A stretch of 64,000 bases of DNA from Convolutriloba macropyga (taxonomy: Eukaryota), in NCBI RefSeq assembly GCF_964194025.1, contig NC_134472.1:38564001-38628000 (forward strand), given 5' to 3'. The notes under the pieces were generated by a model. It was not told the DNA's origin and ran no database searches. It saw only the letters and a program-made list of their open reading frames with translations. Of this stretch, positions 1-13,707 are shown piece after piece; positions within the stretch are counted from its first letter, which is position 1; every line of letters starts with the position of its first letter. The translations under genes and the position numbers were made by a program.

Positions 1-478
1 ATATCGTTAGTGGTGTCAGGTGTCAATTGAGTAAAGACACCGCGGGGCAACTTCAATGGCTTCATACGGCGTCATAAGTATATAAACTTTTAACATCCAG
101 CGGTAGGATTTGCTCATTCCCCTCCATGGTTTTAAGTTTTTGCCTTGCTTTCAGACTCGGAAATTTTGATATTAGCTCCCGGCACCTTTTCAAAAAGTGA
201 AGGCAAAGAATTGATTAAGTTGTGATAAGGACTTGCCCGGAATTGATAAAAAACGGCGCATTGGTCGGTTTTTTGTGAACGTTTGCAAGCTGGTTGTGCG
301 CCTGTTGTTCATAGTTCTTAATAAATTTTATCTGAGATGAGATCTTGTTTTTCATTGTTTTTCATTTCGAGTAAAGTTCCGTTTATATCTTTTTTTCTTT
401 AAGAGTTGAAAAACTAAAGGAATTTGACTAGCCGCCCCTGAGTTTCACCGACTACCCTTTAAGAGCGCGGGCCTTTTT

Positions 479-648
479 GGGATCTATTCTGTTTCCCCCC
501 CCCCCCAGTGTTTTTTACGCCCCCAGTTACAAATTTTATGCTGTTATAAGTTATATAGCACGTTACTATGTAAAAAAATAGCACGTGAGCTTGGGGGCGT
601 AAAAAATATAAGCTTACTAAGCTGTGGGCCAAAATAGAATAGATCCCC
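479..648. mobile_element. Small MITE-like element with nested inverted repeats
   Basis: GGGATCTATTCTGTTT (479-) pairs with AAAATAGAATAGATCCC (631-647). Inner TTTTTACGCCCCCA pairs with TGGGGGCGTAAAAA. No clear TSD. Confidence 0.5.
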
Positions 649-1210
649 TTTTTTTAATTGACGGCTTTTATGGTTTGAAGGGCGATTTTTATTTTTGTTA
701 TATTGGACAAACCAAAACCAGCCCCTTTGCGCGTCATTTGAGAGGCTTTTGCCTGGCGGTAATCCGATCCATAAATTTCAATTTTGCGCAATATCTTATT
801 GTTTTGTAGACTGCTATGCTGTCGGGTACTATCTCCAGACTTATTGTTCTATACCGTAGTACCTGTGCTCATAAGCTGCTGAGAGCCTACCCAGCATCAA
901 TTGTGAACTATCGATGCCATAAGACTGTTGGAAAACTACACCCTCGATGTCCCTTCTGTAAGCTTATTTTCAAAAACGGAATTTGGCAGATTGATTGTAG
1001 TGTACATGGACGACACAAACAGAGGCTCAAGTATCCGAGGCGGTATTATCCCTACAGAATCTGATTTCAACTTTGCACAATGTTGACAAACAATTTATCT
1101 TGCGTATAAATTTGTTTTTGAGCTTTTCGACTTCATAAATGTCATTCGATGATATCGTGTGAATCGTTTCTAACGATGCAAACTGACTTACACATCTTTT
1201 TCAGTTCACG

Positions 1211-2377
1211 ATGATCAGAAAGAAAGCTGATTTGCAGATTCGCTCTGTCATTGATTTACTTCAGTCGTTGCATAGTCAAGTTCTGACCTATCTTTATGGG
1301 CAGCCAGCTGTCTGTATCATACTATTGCGAGAACTATCACTTGAAGAGCAGACTATAATAATGCGGCTGCTGTTCGTCGATCAGCCGTTCTCAGTAGCTG
1401 GAGTAAATGCTTGGTTTTTGGCATCATCTGAACAGGCGAACCATGGGGTGGATTTCAGTCAACTGCTCAGTTTAAAAGTATTTTCCGAATGTAAAACATC
1501 TGTTACACCTACAGTAGTAATGAATGACGATTTTCGAACGAGTCTAAAATCTGCATTGGGTGGGCTGGGAGCCCCATGGGATCTGCCCACTTTGCCCCCA
1601 GATCCGAAAATTCCCCAGAAGACAGTGGCAAACCTCAATGCATATGCAATTGAGAGATGGGAATCTTTGTTACAGTTCATGGTTGGTTCTGAGGGAAGTC
1701 GAGAGAAATTGAGCGACGAGACTATTGGAATCCTGCAAACGTGCGGCCTCATTGAATTGGATCTCACGGAATCTCCAAAGCCATCCCTTACGGCAAGTGG
1801 TTTTCAATTTCTGCTACAGGAAACCTCAGCTCAAGTATGGTACTTCTTGTCTCAATACTTCCTGAAATTAAACGCGAGAGATCCTGATCGTTTGACGGAG
1901 TCGCTTACATTTGTGTTGCAAATGTCTCAAGCTCAGTTAGGTAGGGAGTATTCAAGCGAAAATCTGTCTGATACGGTGATGAACTTCATTCAGTTTTTAA
2001 GAGAACTTGGGCTAATTTATATGCGCAAGAGAAGAGACGGCCGGTTTTATCCAACAAATTTGGCAGTTTCATTTACGAGAGGTTCGCATGCAACCATTAG
2101 CCTTGGTGACCGAAAAGATATTTCCAGGTACTTCGAAGGGGAAAGGAAGTCTCGCAACAGAGACGGGTTCATCGTTGTTGAATCAAACTTCAAAGTGTAT
2201 GCGTACACAGACTCAGATCTGCATGTAGCGTTAATCGCAATGTTCAGCGTAATATGTTACCGTTTTCCTGGTTGCCTTTGCTGTGTGATTACCAGAGAAA
2301 GTATTCGACAGTCACTACAGATGGGAATTTCTGCAGACAAAATTTTGCACTACCTATTATCGCACTTACACCCGCAG
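1211..2377 (+). CDS. GTF2H4: General transcription factor IIH subunit 4 (p52/Tfb2), coding exon 1
   Basis: ORF has p52 motifs (LYGQPAVC..LLREL, YAIERWESLLQFMV, LTASGFQFLL, LRELGLIYMRKRRDGRFYPT, GFIVVESNFKVYAYT, ITRESIRQSLQMGISADKI). Phase-0 donor CAG|GTTAGT after 2377. Confidence 0.95.
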
Positions 2378-3152
2378 GTTAGTTTGTTTCAATAACAAAC
2401 GTTCCCCAGTTTTTAAACATTTGAAAGAACGCTTATAATATGCGAGAGCAAGCAACAATCTTACCACTATGTTACTAATGTGCGTTGTGTCATATTTTTT
2501 CGGGGCGTTCATTCACCTCAAGCGTTTCTTGAAACCAGGAACTGTAAATTAAAGTGACCACATGGTTAGCATTATATGCTGACAATAAGCATCAATATTT
2601 TCGATCGCTACTTCATCATGATTTTCATTGATGCCAAAATATATGATACCATATTGAAATTTCTGTTAAAACAGATTTCGGTTAAAGAATGTTGAAAAAA
2701 TTAACAAAACAGTCTTGCGGCCTTTTTAATGCGATTTTTTGCTTGACCGATTTTTCGTCTGACGCTTTTGACTTCCTCCTCAAAACTGGCTCAACAGGTA
2801 AAGCCCGGAGGCCATTAAGTGGCTAAGCACCTTTCTAAGAGCCTTACGCTTTACTAGTCTCTAAGTATGCGATTCACCAAAACTGTTGAGCAGACATGAA
2901 ATCATTGTGAAGAAGGGTCGTTCTTCCCCATCCCTCAGCACCCCTCCGCCCCTCCTCAGTCCATTCCCACTTACATTTCCCGTCCACTCTCCGCGACCTG
3001 CCAATTTGGACCCCCTCCTCGTCCAGCAGTTCCCATCCCACTCCGTCATCGGCCAGCCCCCCCCCCCCCCCACCCCAACTTTGAGACCCCACTCCTAATC
3101 CCTTATCCTCTAGAATCCTTAAGCTAGCTGGCTACTTTCGTTGCGTTCATTG

Positions 3153-3442
3153 TGTTGCGGTCAAAACTAATATTTTAAATTTTTCATATCAAATTATTAG
3201 ATCGTTTTATGATGAGTATATAGCTATGCCCTCTAACGGCAATTCTCATCTATTAGAGCGAGCATTAGTGTAATTGGAGTCAAGTTGTATGACTTTTGAG
3301 TTACGAAATTCAAGTTATTTTCTTAAAGTTTTGCAGAAAATCCTAAGGAAATTACAGCCAAGAAAGGTTTCTAAAGCTTTAAACGAACCAGAACGTGCGT
3401 AAAGATATTTTTAGTTTTTCACTACTAATATCAGCCGTAACA
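3153..3442 (+). repeat. 5' LTR (290 bp)
   Basis: Starts TGTTGCGGTCAAAAC, ends GCCGTAACA. Followed by TGGTCC at 3447, a PBS-like start. Confidence 0.95.
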
Positions 3443-3483
3443 TTAATGGTCCGTATTTTCCCCGGACATTTAAAAAATAATAT

Positions 3484-6400
3484 TTGTTGTTTATTTTCAA
3501 AATGTTCAAGAAGTCGACAAAATCTCAGAAGAGTGCCAAGAAGTCGATGCCTTCTTCATCAGAACAACAAGCATCTTCCCAACAAAAAATCATCATTCCA
3601 TTCAGACGTGGCCGTCAAGAGCACTCTTTGGACTTGGTTAATTTGAATCAGAAGTATGACCAACTCAGAAGAAAAAGAGAAGAGTTGATACGATTGTTGA
3701 AAGGAAACTATAGTCTTGCTCGAGCTAGATCTGAAGTTGACGCATACTTCGAAGAAGAAGACAAGTTACTCAATCAGAGTAAAGTACAGGCCAAAAACGG
3801 TGGGACTGGTTGCTCTGAGGTAACAGAGAAATGTATTGACTACAGAAGTCGTCTAACGGATCACAAATGCTACATTTTGAATCTTTTCGATCTAAAGCAG
3901 CAGCATCAGAAAACAGAATGGTTTCGTTTGGAGAAGTTTCAGTCTACACATTCACTACATTGGCAGAAGATGCTCCAAATGCAGCAGTTCTAACGGACAG
4001 TACTCCTCAGGACAATGGCGTAAACCTTGTGAGCAGTGGCTCACAGAAAGAGAAAAGCGACAGCCCGACTCAAAACACAAGTCAAGTGGGTAAATCTGGT
4101 AATTACTCATTGGAGAACAAGCTTGCAAGAGAGGAGGAGAAGAGATTGCTAAAGCTCCAGAAAATTGAAGAAAGACAGGAGAAGGCCAAAAAGAAGGCCA
4201 ACATCAAGTCCAAAAAGCTTCAAATGGAGTTTGAAAGAAAGCAAAGAGAGCACGAAGAACAGATGAGACAAGTTGAGGAAAAACTTCAACTTCGCCTGAT
4301 GGAAGCCGAATTAGAAAGTTCTTCTGGAGAGACTTCTGACAAATCTAAACAATCAATTGAAACAGAGTCTGATGACGAATTTTCCCCGGAAGAACTTCAC
4401 GAGGAATGCGATGAGTACGCAGAAAACCTCAAAGTTCAACTGCCAGAAGTGGAGCGTCCATCAAGTTCTTTTTTAAAGACAGATAGTTATTCGAGTCGTT
4501 TATCAAAGTATCGACAGCAGTACAGTTCAGGAGAAGATATCGAAAATCCATTTGAGCAGCAAACAAGAATTCAAAGTACACCTCTGGGAAGCAGAGATAG
4601 ACGATGTTCACCTGATAGATACGCCTATTCAAATTCATTCTTGTCTCCAAGGGACAACGGTAATGGTATCTTTTCAACACCAACCAACAATAGTAACAGA
4701 AGTTTGCCAAAATTAAAACTGCGCGAAATTGATGGTAATCCATTGGATTGGCCTGAATGGAGTGGAATGTTTCTGTCTACAATACACAGCAGCAGTATTA
4801 GCCGAGACGAGAAATTGAGCCATTTGAAGACACTGCTTGTTGGAAAAGCAAAACGAGCTGTCAATGGAATGGGCTACTCTGGAACAATGTACGATCAGGC
4901 TTGGAACACACTGCAAGGAAAGTTTGGCCAGCCTCATCACATTGTTTCTTCACAACTTGCCAAAATTCAGAACTTCCCACAGGTTAGATTTAGCAACGTA
5001 TCATCCTTGATAGAGTTTGCTGATACGGTATCAACGTTTTTGAACATTCTACAGCAATTTGGGTACTCGAACGACTTGTTTTCTTCTAGTAACCTTGATA
5101 TTGCGGTCAGTAAGTTGCCGTTAGATACAAGCGTCGATGGCTTGCCTTTATAGAGGCCCCAACCAAAGCAAGACGAATACCAAATCTGGTCGAGTTTAAT
5201 AATTGGTTGCAAGAAGAAGCGCAAGTACATGAGCGATTGGTTCATTGTGCGCCTACATCGTCAAAATTCGAAAAACAGACGAAAGTTCGGTAAGAAAACT
5301 GATTTCAAGAAAAGTCCAAAGCCCAGCGAGTCAGCCTTCAGTTCAAATGACGATAAAACTCGGACCGAAAACAAATGTCCTATCGAAGGTTCAAATCATA
5401 GGGTCTGGAACTGTAATAAGTTCAAGAACATGAAAATAGATGAACGATACAATGTCGTTAAAGAAAAGAAGCTATGTTTTTGTTGTCTTGCTGATAACCA
5501 TGCAGCAAAAGACTGTCCAAGGAAAAAAAATTGTGGCGATGATGGCTCTGAGAAAACCCATAACAAGTTGCTTCACTACAGGAAAAGGTCGGAAAACTTG
5601 AAACCCATTAACAAGACAAGTGACTAATTTAACCAGCAATGTGGAGTCAATCAGAGGTTTAATGCAAATAGCACGTGTCAGAATCTTCGGAGATGAAGGA
5701 CAATTCGAAGATACTCTTGCTGTTTGTGACACAGGGTCTGCTCAGACGTGGGTGGATGAAGACTTGTTAGAAAAGCTTGAATTACGTGGAGAACCAGTGT
5801 CGTTAAATGTTACTGGAATTCACGGCACACAAATTACAACATGCAGAGCGGTTCAGGCTACAATTGGGGCGGCTAACTGTATGCAGGACAAAGGAAAGCT
5901 ACTCACAATTCACAGACAAAAGAACTTGGAAATTGGAACAAGCGGTTACAATGTCCAGGAGATGAAAGAAAAAAGTATCCCTACTTGAAGTGTGTGGGTT
6001 TCAAGCAGATCGATTTGAAGAAAGTTGCGATCATTCTAGGCCAGAATGCTTATGAACTGATTCGACCCGTCGAATACAAAAATGGCGGTGAAAACAAACG
6101 GTGGGCTATTATGTTACCACTTGGATGGACAGTCAGTGGTCCAGTTCCAATTAATCAGCTAAAACTCAGCGCAGCGTGTCATGTAGCCAACGATGGCGAC
6201 ATGAAACTAGCTGAAGTTATCAAGAAGTGGTGGGATATGGAGTCCTACGGAACACTTAAAGTTGCCGACAAGAGAACAAAAGAAGACAAACTAGCCACCG
6301 AGACTCTAAATTCAACGATCAAATTCAACGGCGAACGATATGAAGTTGGTTTTTTATGGAACGGTGAACAAGCAGCTTTATCCAACAACTTTTCATCAGC

Positions 6401-9400
6401 ATTGGGACAACTTCGAGGGTTGCAGCGTCGATTACAGACAGACGAATTGCTTAAAGTGAAATATACAGAAACAATTAGATCTTAGTAAAGGATATATCTC
6501 AATTCTTTCTAGCAGCGACTTGGCAGCAACAATCAACCAACAAGTCTGGTATGTACCACATCACCCAGTTTTGAATCCTCACAAACCCGACAAAGTGAGA
6601 AGAGTATGTAACGCAGCCAGCAAATTTCGCGGGACAAGTCTCAACGACATGCTTTTAGCAGGTCCGGATTTGCTAGCCAGTCTGATGGGAATCTTGGCAC
6701 GATTCCGAGAGAACCGATATGCTTTGAGTGCCGATATTGAAGAAATGTTCCTTCAAATTGAAGTCAGACCGGAAGATCGAAAGTTTCTACGGTTTCTATG
6801 GTCCGATGAAAATGACCAATTAGTAACGTATCAGTACAATAGACATATATTTGGCGCTAAATCGTCTCCAACTTGTGCAAACTTTGCGCTACAAAGATGT
6901 GCAACGGACAATGCTGAAAATTCAGATCGAGCTAGTGACATAGCATGCCATAACTTCTATATGGATGATCTACTTGTCTCGCTGCAGAGTCGGGAAGAAG
7001 CTGCTGACGACAAAGCAGAATTAATTGCTCTTTTAGCAAAAGGTGGTTTCAAACTAACTAAGTGGGCTACTAATTTTGATGAAGATGAAGTACAGGACAA
7101 GGCCCTGACGATTCTTGGATTAGAATGGAAAAACAAAATCGACACGCTGAAAGTATGCAGAGGTTTACAGTTTAAGCCTGAAAACTATTGGACCCAGCGA
7201 AAAGTGCTATCAATTGTCTCTAGCGTTTTTGATCCTTTGGGATTTCTGGCTCCATTTGTTATCCGTGGAAGAATAATCCTGAAAGGCATATGGCAGACAA
7301 GAGGACAACAATGGGACTCATTTATCGACGAGAACCTCAGTGATCAATTCTCGGATTGGGTCGGAGAATTGAATGCAGGTGAAGTGTTTGAAGTCAGCAG
7401 ATGGTATGAAACGTCGAGCTAAAACATTCGAAATGAGTTGCACGTTTTCGGTGATGCTTCAGAGGACGCATTTTGTGCGGTTGCATATCTTGTAACAGAA
7501 AACGATCAATCAGAGCGTAAAGTATCCTTTATCATAGGAAAAGCCAGAGTTGCACCTGTAAAGCATCATACAATTCCAAAAAATTGAGCTCATGGCAGCA
7601 TTAACCGGGAATCGACTGAAAGACACAATCATGAAGGAACACTCAATTCATTTCCATAAAGTTTTTATGTGGTCTGATTCTACAACAGTTATACAGTGGA
7701 TAAGATCGAGCAACGAGAAATAGCCTACTTTTGTTGCAAACAGAGTAGCATAAATGCTCGACACTTCAACTGTGGACGAATGGCACCACGTGGAAGGTGC
7801 TAAGAATCCAGCCGACCTTGGAACAAGAGGTCTCAGCTTCGATGACATAGCCAACAGTAATTGGATCAAGGGTCCAGATTGGCTGCTACAACCGATCTTG
7901 TTAAACGAAGATAATCAGCTTCCAGCAGAGCAGGATATGAATGTTCAAGTTTACGTGGCAAACGAAGTAATTGGTGTTGTCGATTGGAAACGATACAGCC
8001 AATACAACCGACTGAGGCGAACAATTGCTTGGATTTTATCTCTTGCCAGAATGAACTCTGAAGTGCATTCACTGCTAGAAGAAGCTGCACAACTGATTTG
8101 GAAATTAGTTCAGCTGGAAGTCTATTCTAAAGAAATTGATGACTTGAAATCCAAGAAAACAGTTTCTTCAAACAGCAAAATTGTTTCCTTATCTCCATTC
8201 ATTGATTCTACCGGTGTCCTGAGAGCAAAAGGACGACTGAGGAGAACTAGTTTACCATTCGAGACAAAACACCCAGTTATTTTGCCTCGCAAACATAGAG
8301 CAGTCGAATTGTTTTTGAGCTATCAGCACAAAATTTTTCATCACGAAGGGGTGGAGTATGTTCGGAACGAAGTACAGAAGAAATTTTGGATATTTGGATT
8401 AAGAAGCGCGCTGAGAGCAGTGAAACACAATTGTGTATCATGTCGACTGTTTACTAGCGGTAAAACTCCACAGATGAGTGATTTACCTACAGACCGAGTA
8501 ACGAATAATGTCCGATCATTCACAAATACCGGTGTCGATTATTTCGGACCGTTTGAAGTAAAGATGTTCAGACGTACAATAAAGAAGTGGGTGTGTCTCT
8601 TTACCTGCTTGAGTGTTAGAGCTGTTCATCTGGAACTGGTTGACAGCTTGGACACTGAAGCTTGCATTGGTGCTGTTCATAGGTTTATTGCAAGAAGAGG
8701 TCAACCTCAGTCAATAATCTCTGACAATGGAACAAATTTTGTTGGTCGGCTAGAGAGTTCAAGGAAGCCTTCCAGGAGCTCAGGAAAGACGAAATAGCAA
8801 GTAGACTGGCAGAGGAGAGCATCAAGTGGACCTTCAATCCTCCTGCAGCTCCTCACTTTGGAGGTGTATGGGAACGTCTTGTGAGGCAAACAGAGCTTAT
8901 GTTCTCGGCAAACAGAGCTTAACTGAAGACAGACTTCGCACAGTACTCTGTGTAGTTGAGAAGTTAATGAACAACCGACCACTTACGGTTGTTAGTGGAG
9001 ATGTCACCGATTTACAGCCACTGACACCAAACAACTTTCTGATAGGTCAAATTAGCATTAATTGGCCAAATGCGTTGTTTTGAACTACTGCGAGTTACAG
9101 AAAGCTGTTCAGAGATCAACATAGCATCCTAGTTGCCGTATGGAACCGTTGGATGTCTGAGTATTTGCTAAGCCTACAGCAGAGGACGAAGTGGGCCAAG
9201 GAAGAACTTATCGAGCCAAAAACTGGTGACCTGGTTTGGATAGTCGATAAGAATGTGCATCCATTCAACTTCCCGTTAGGAAGAATTCAAGAAGTTCATA
9301 AGAGTGACGACCAAATAGTCAGATCAGCGCTAGTAAAAACTACAACGGGTAGCTACAAAAGACCTATTGTGAAGTTGATCACTGTAAATAGTGACCTCAA

Positions 9401-9404
9401 GTGA
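3484..9404 (+). pseudogene. BEL/Pao gag-pol polyprotein broken by multiple frameshifts and stops
   Basis: DUF1759-type gag (LPKLKLREIDGNPLDWPEW), Zn knuckles (CFCCLADNHAAKDC, HNKLLH), aspartic protease DTGS, RT (HHPVLNPHKPDKVR, FYMDD), RNase H (LHVFGDASE), integrase ([33 protein letters not shown]) and C-terminal EYL..LQQRTKW, spread over ~10 ORF pieces. Confidence 0.93.
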
Positions 9405-9445
9405 TGTTTTTTTTTTGGATTTGTGACCAAAAACTGGGCCGGCTA

Positions 9446-9734
9446 TGTAGCGGTCAAAACTAATATTTTTAATTTTTCATATCAAATTATTAGATCGTTT
9501 TATGATGAGTATATAGCTATGCCCTCTAACGGCAATTCTCATCTATTAGAGCGAGCATTAGTGTAATTGGAGTCAAGTTGTATGACTTTTGAGTTACGAA
9601 ATTCAAGTTATTTTCTTAAAGTTTTGCAGAAAATCCTAAGGAAATTACAGTCAAGAAAAGTTTCTAAAGCTTTAAACGAACCAGAACGTGCGTAAAGATA
9701 TTTTTAGTTTTCACTACTAATATCAGCCGTAACA
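9446..9734 (+). repeat. 3' LTR (289 bp)
   Basis: Differs from the 5' LTR by 4 substitutions and one 1-nt indel, by eye. Confidence 0.95.
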
Positions 9735-9799
9735 CATTGGTTGTTTGTCAGCAGTTCGGTTGACGTAGGTTGGCGATTTTCGTATTTCGAGTTCTGCTG

Positions 9800-12200
9800 A
9801 ACGATTTTTTGTTTCGGAAGATCTCTTTGAGGTCTTTTTTAAGGGGTTTTCGATTATGAGCAAAATATAATGATCGTTTTGCTGATTCCACTTTATTGGT
9901 AATTTGGTAAATCTGTTTTGTTATGTCGAATCATTCTGAATGATTATACTAAAATGCGTGCACATATTTGGCCCGAGAGTTATTTTTGAAATGAATGGAT
10001 TTTCAAATCTAGAGTAGCATTTAATACAACATTCTAAGATCACTTTTTCATTGGATTTAACTTAATTTGAACCGGAGGTCTGCACACATCAAAGCTTTTC
10101 GGATCATCACCTGATTCAACTCAATTGGAGAGTAAAAGAAAAACACTTGCTCTTTTAAGAGATACTAAGTTTGCAAAGGATCCAGAAAAAGTTAAGCGCT
10201 ATTTTGGTGAACTAGACAAAGAGTTTGCATTAATGAAGAATAAATAACAATGTGTACTACTTATTCAAATGCATTCAATACTTTTAGCAGCGTGTTTTTA
10301 GATGTTAGATTTGCTCCAGTAAGAACGCTGCGTTGTGAGAAACCAAAACAGGCAAAATGATCCAGCTACAAACTGAAGAATCTTAGAAATAAGAAAAGTT
10401 TTGATAGCAGAAAAATGGAAAAATAGTGATAACAATGCTTGGTTAGAAGAATACAAAATATTAAGAAAAAATTTCGACAAACTGTTTTTGCGGCCAAAAG
10501 TTTTCAATGTAAACAGGTTTAGATCTTGCCTCGGTAATTAAAGACTAGTTTTAAAATTGCTAAGTGAAATAAGCGATGAAGTTATGAGCAGGTCCAGGGA
10601 ACTTGTACTGGAAACCGTCATTAACAATTTTGATCAGGGCAATGCAAGACAACGCAATTGCATTTAATAGTTTTTTTTTAATATTGTATTTGAAATCAAC
10701 AAACATTTCCTTGCTGAAAATGAACCAGAAGCTCCAACATAACGAAAGTTAATATTTCTTTTCAAAGATACATGGGAGGAAGTTAAAGTAATAATATCCA
10801 GTGTAGATAATGAGTCATCCTCCGGTGAGGGTTTTAGTAATCTTTTCATAAAATTGTCAGCTTCAGTAACTTTTGATTACGTTACCTTTTTAATCAATCT
10901 TTCCTTCAGCAGTGGCGAATTTCCGCAGGAGCCTAAAAAACCCGAAATCTTTCCTTTGCACAAATAGGGCTCTAAGAATGATAAACATAACTACAGACGT
11001 ATTTCACTACTTATTGTTTGAAGCAAGATTTTTGAAAGTAATTTTAATCGGGCATTCTCTCACCTCGAAAGATTTTCTTTGTTTTGGACTCCGAGACAAT
11101 TCGGATTCCGAAAAAAGCACAATACTGTTGATGCACTTGCTGAATTTACTGAAAGTTTGCGATCTGATGCAAATTGTGGAAACATTGACCTTTTCTTGGA
11201 GCAATCTTTTTGATACATTTGATCACAATATGATGATAAAGTAGTCATTGTTTCGTATCAGAGGAAACGCATTTGAATGGTTTGATGCATACCTCAAGCA
11301 TAGAGTAATGCGTGTTCATTTGAATCGAGTAATATTTTGCTGGGAAGAACTTAAATGTGGTGTGCCACAAGGACCTGTTCTTGACCCTCTTTTTTCACTA
11401 TTTATTTAAACGATTTTCCCTTTGTTTGTGGAAAGCATGTTATTCTGCTTGCAGACAGTACGAATCAAAGTGCTGTAGGAATGCAGGCAATTGCAAGATT
11501 TCAGAATATTAGCAAGTGACTTTATTCAAATAAATCAGTGGTAAACTTAGATAAAACCGTAAAGATTGATTCCAATACGGCAGCAAATGCTTCACACAAT
11601 TTTGACCCGGGGATTAAAAAGGAACCAGTTTGTAAGTGTCTCTGAGTACCTGTTGATTCTAAGGTATCTTTTGTCAGCCATATTGAGGAGATAAAGGGAG
11701 GTTCAGTAAGCAATGTGGTATTATTGCGAAGCTGAGACATTTTGTGCCTCAGGGAGCTGTTAAGGCATTACTATGAATCAAACATTAGGCGTATTATTCA
11801 CTGTGAAGTTTCAGTCTCTGGCTTTTGTAGTTATTCTGCGCTCCTTACAATGAAGTTCATTTACTGCAAAAAATTTGATTCATCTGAGGACATTTTCTGT
11901 AAGCACTCCATATTTACTGTTTGGCATGCACGTTTATGAATTAATAAAATTTGCTTTGAAGGCAATCAGTGGTCTTCATTGTGAAATTTTTCGTAATGAC
12001 ATAATTGTAGTATTGTCCTTAGAAAGAGAGTCGAGAGTTTGTGCGAGTAGATTACTCAAACAAACTTTGTGTAAAAAAGAATAGAGCGCTGTTCAATCAA
12101 ATTTCGAGCATCAATACTGTACAATCAATTGTAAACCCCTAGGAATTGTTCCGGCGGACTTTGAACCGAAGACGCCTATCGAAATTTGTTTTTGGCCACA
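9800..12200 (+). mobile_element. Decayed LINE (APE-type, CR1/L2/Jockey-group) ORF2 reverse-transcriptase remnant
   Basis: Fragments across frames: YRRISLL..SKIFE (~10992), GFRKKHNTVDAL (~11103), FEWFDAYLKHR (~11272), ELKCGVPQGPVLDP (~11348), ILLADST (degenerate FADD). Boundaries are approximate. Confidence 0.8.
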
Positions 12201-12953
12201 AGGTGAAGGGTTCCTTTTCTGTTTACAATGACGAACTTGTTAGATTTGTTTTTAATGCTGAACTTTTGTTTCACAATGTATATCTTTCAAACATTAATAA
12301 GTTGTAAGTTGGAGTTGTAATTTTAATTTAGGTTGTGTATAATATCCAACTCTTGGGTAGACTGAGAAGTTGGTGTATATAACCGCATTGTCTGTCCCCT
12401 CCAATGTAATATGATAATTTGCTGTACTGTGTACATATTTTTCTATTGTAGAAAATTTATTTCTCCCGTTAGCAATGATTTCCCTTCTCTTGTTTTTCAC
12501 TTTCATACAGTTAGAGTTTCGTCTTTGTACTATGAGTTATAAATGATGGTTTTACAAGTTTCATCTTTGTACTTTGAGTTATAAATGATGGTTTTACAGT
12601 CAAGGGGTTGTTTCCCTTTGTAATTTGTGAGATATAGTAATACTTTTTTCTTGTATATTCAGTCATTTTCTTAGTGATACTTTTTTTTCTTGTATTTTCA
12701 GACATATCCAGAAAAAATCTTCGAACAATCTGAACGATTTGTGATTATGGATGCTGGATAAACAATAATCTTCAGACTAATAATTAAACGAATTTATTAT
12801 TTTAAAAAAGTCATGAAAACAGATATTGCAGAATTCTCCCTAAAATTTTGTTTCCTTTTAAAAGTTTTTGGTACCTTATGCAATAAGATGAAGGCGCAGT
12901 TGACAATATTGAAGTCGCAAACAAGAATTTTATGCGTTGTTTAATGTTAAATA

Positions 12954-13707
12954 TTAACAGCCGCGAAGCGATAGCGGCTCTTATTGGGGACATCGTTATT
13001 TTTTTACAATTCTGAGAATTTGAATTGTATTGGGGCGCTGTCTTTTTTAAGATCTGTTTCCACATTTTAATTATTTTGGATAAGTCAAATTGGATAAGCG
13101 ATTTTGCTCACGCCGAAACAGGAAGTGCAGCGAAAAAGCGAGTGTGAAGAAATTCTCTCACAGTCCCTACTAGGTCTAGTCTTTTGTTTAGTCAATGAAA
13201 ATTCTTTGAATTGTACGTCAGGACTTGCCCGCTATGTTTTTTAATTCGTCGTCTCCATCGATGGTTCTTACGGCCTGACGTCTTGGAATTGACTTCATTG
13301 ACTTAAGTGACTTCTACTGCTTTGCAGTTAAAATTTTTTTGCGTGACTTACCTCACTCAAAAATGTCTTCTGAACTCACTTATGGAACATCAAATTTTAC
13401 AAACATTTACTAGTTAGAGATCAATAGTGCGCATCTAAGTAGTGCCAAATCTATATGCCCTAATTCTTGAGTATTAGTCTTGAGTTTTTGATTTCGAATA
13501 TTAATTTTGAAAAAGCTCTTTTAGAGCTTTTTCCTTATAGACCGTACGTGTCATAAAATTGACAGTCCGAATCTAACCCAAAAAGTCTAGTGGTCTATTA
13601 AAGGACTGTTGATCAATCTGTTTGTCTTATTTCTTTAGTTGTTTCAATTCACGGGAGGCCACATGCGTCTATCGCGGCTATTTTCCCGCAATATGCTGGC
13701 TGTTTTT
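12954..13707 (+). mobile_element. Non-autonomous Helentron/DINE-1-like element, family A
   Basis: 5' palindrome TAACAGCCGC-GAAGCGATA-GCGGCTCTTA. 3' sub-terminal IR CTATCGCGGCTATT followed by a short hairpin and T-run. The 5' part matches 37521-37690 and the 3' part matches 40220-40710. Confidence 0.65.

Larger units (their letters stand above)
3153..9734 (+). mobile_element. BEL/Pao LTR retrotransposon, full length, inactivated
   Basis: TG...CA LTRs at 3153-3442 and 9446-9734. 5-bp TSD CATTG at 3148-3152 and 9735-9739. Internal order gag - protease - RT - RNase H - integrase is typical of BEL/Pao. Confidence 0.97.

Noticed and set aside
1-130. Possible start of a divergent minus-strand gene (MKPLKLPRGVFTQLTPDTTND..)
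   Set aside because: Only ~21 codons before the window edge, with no supporting motif.
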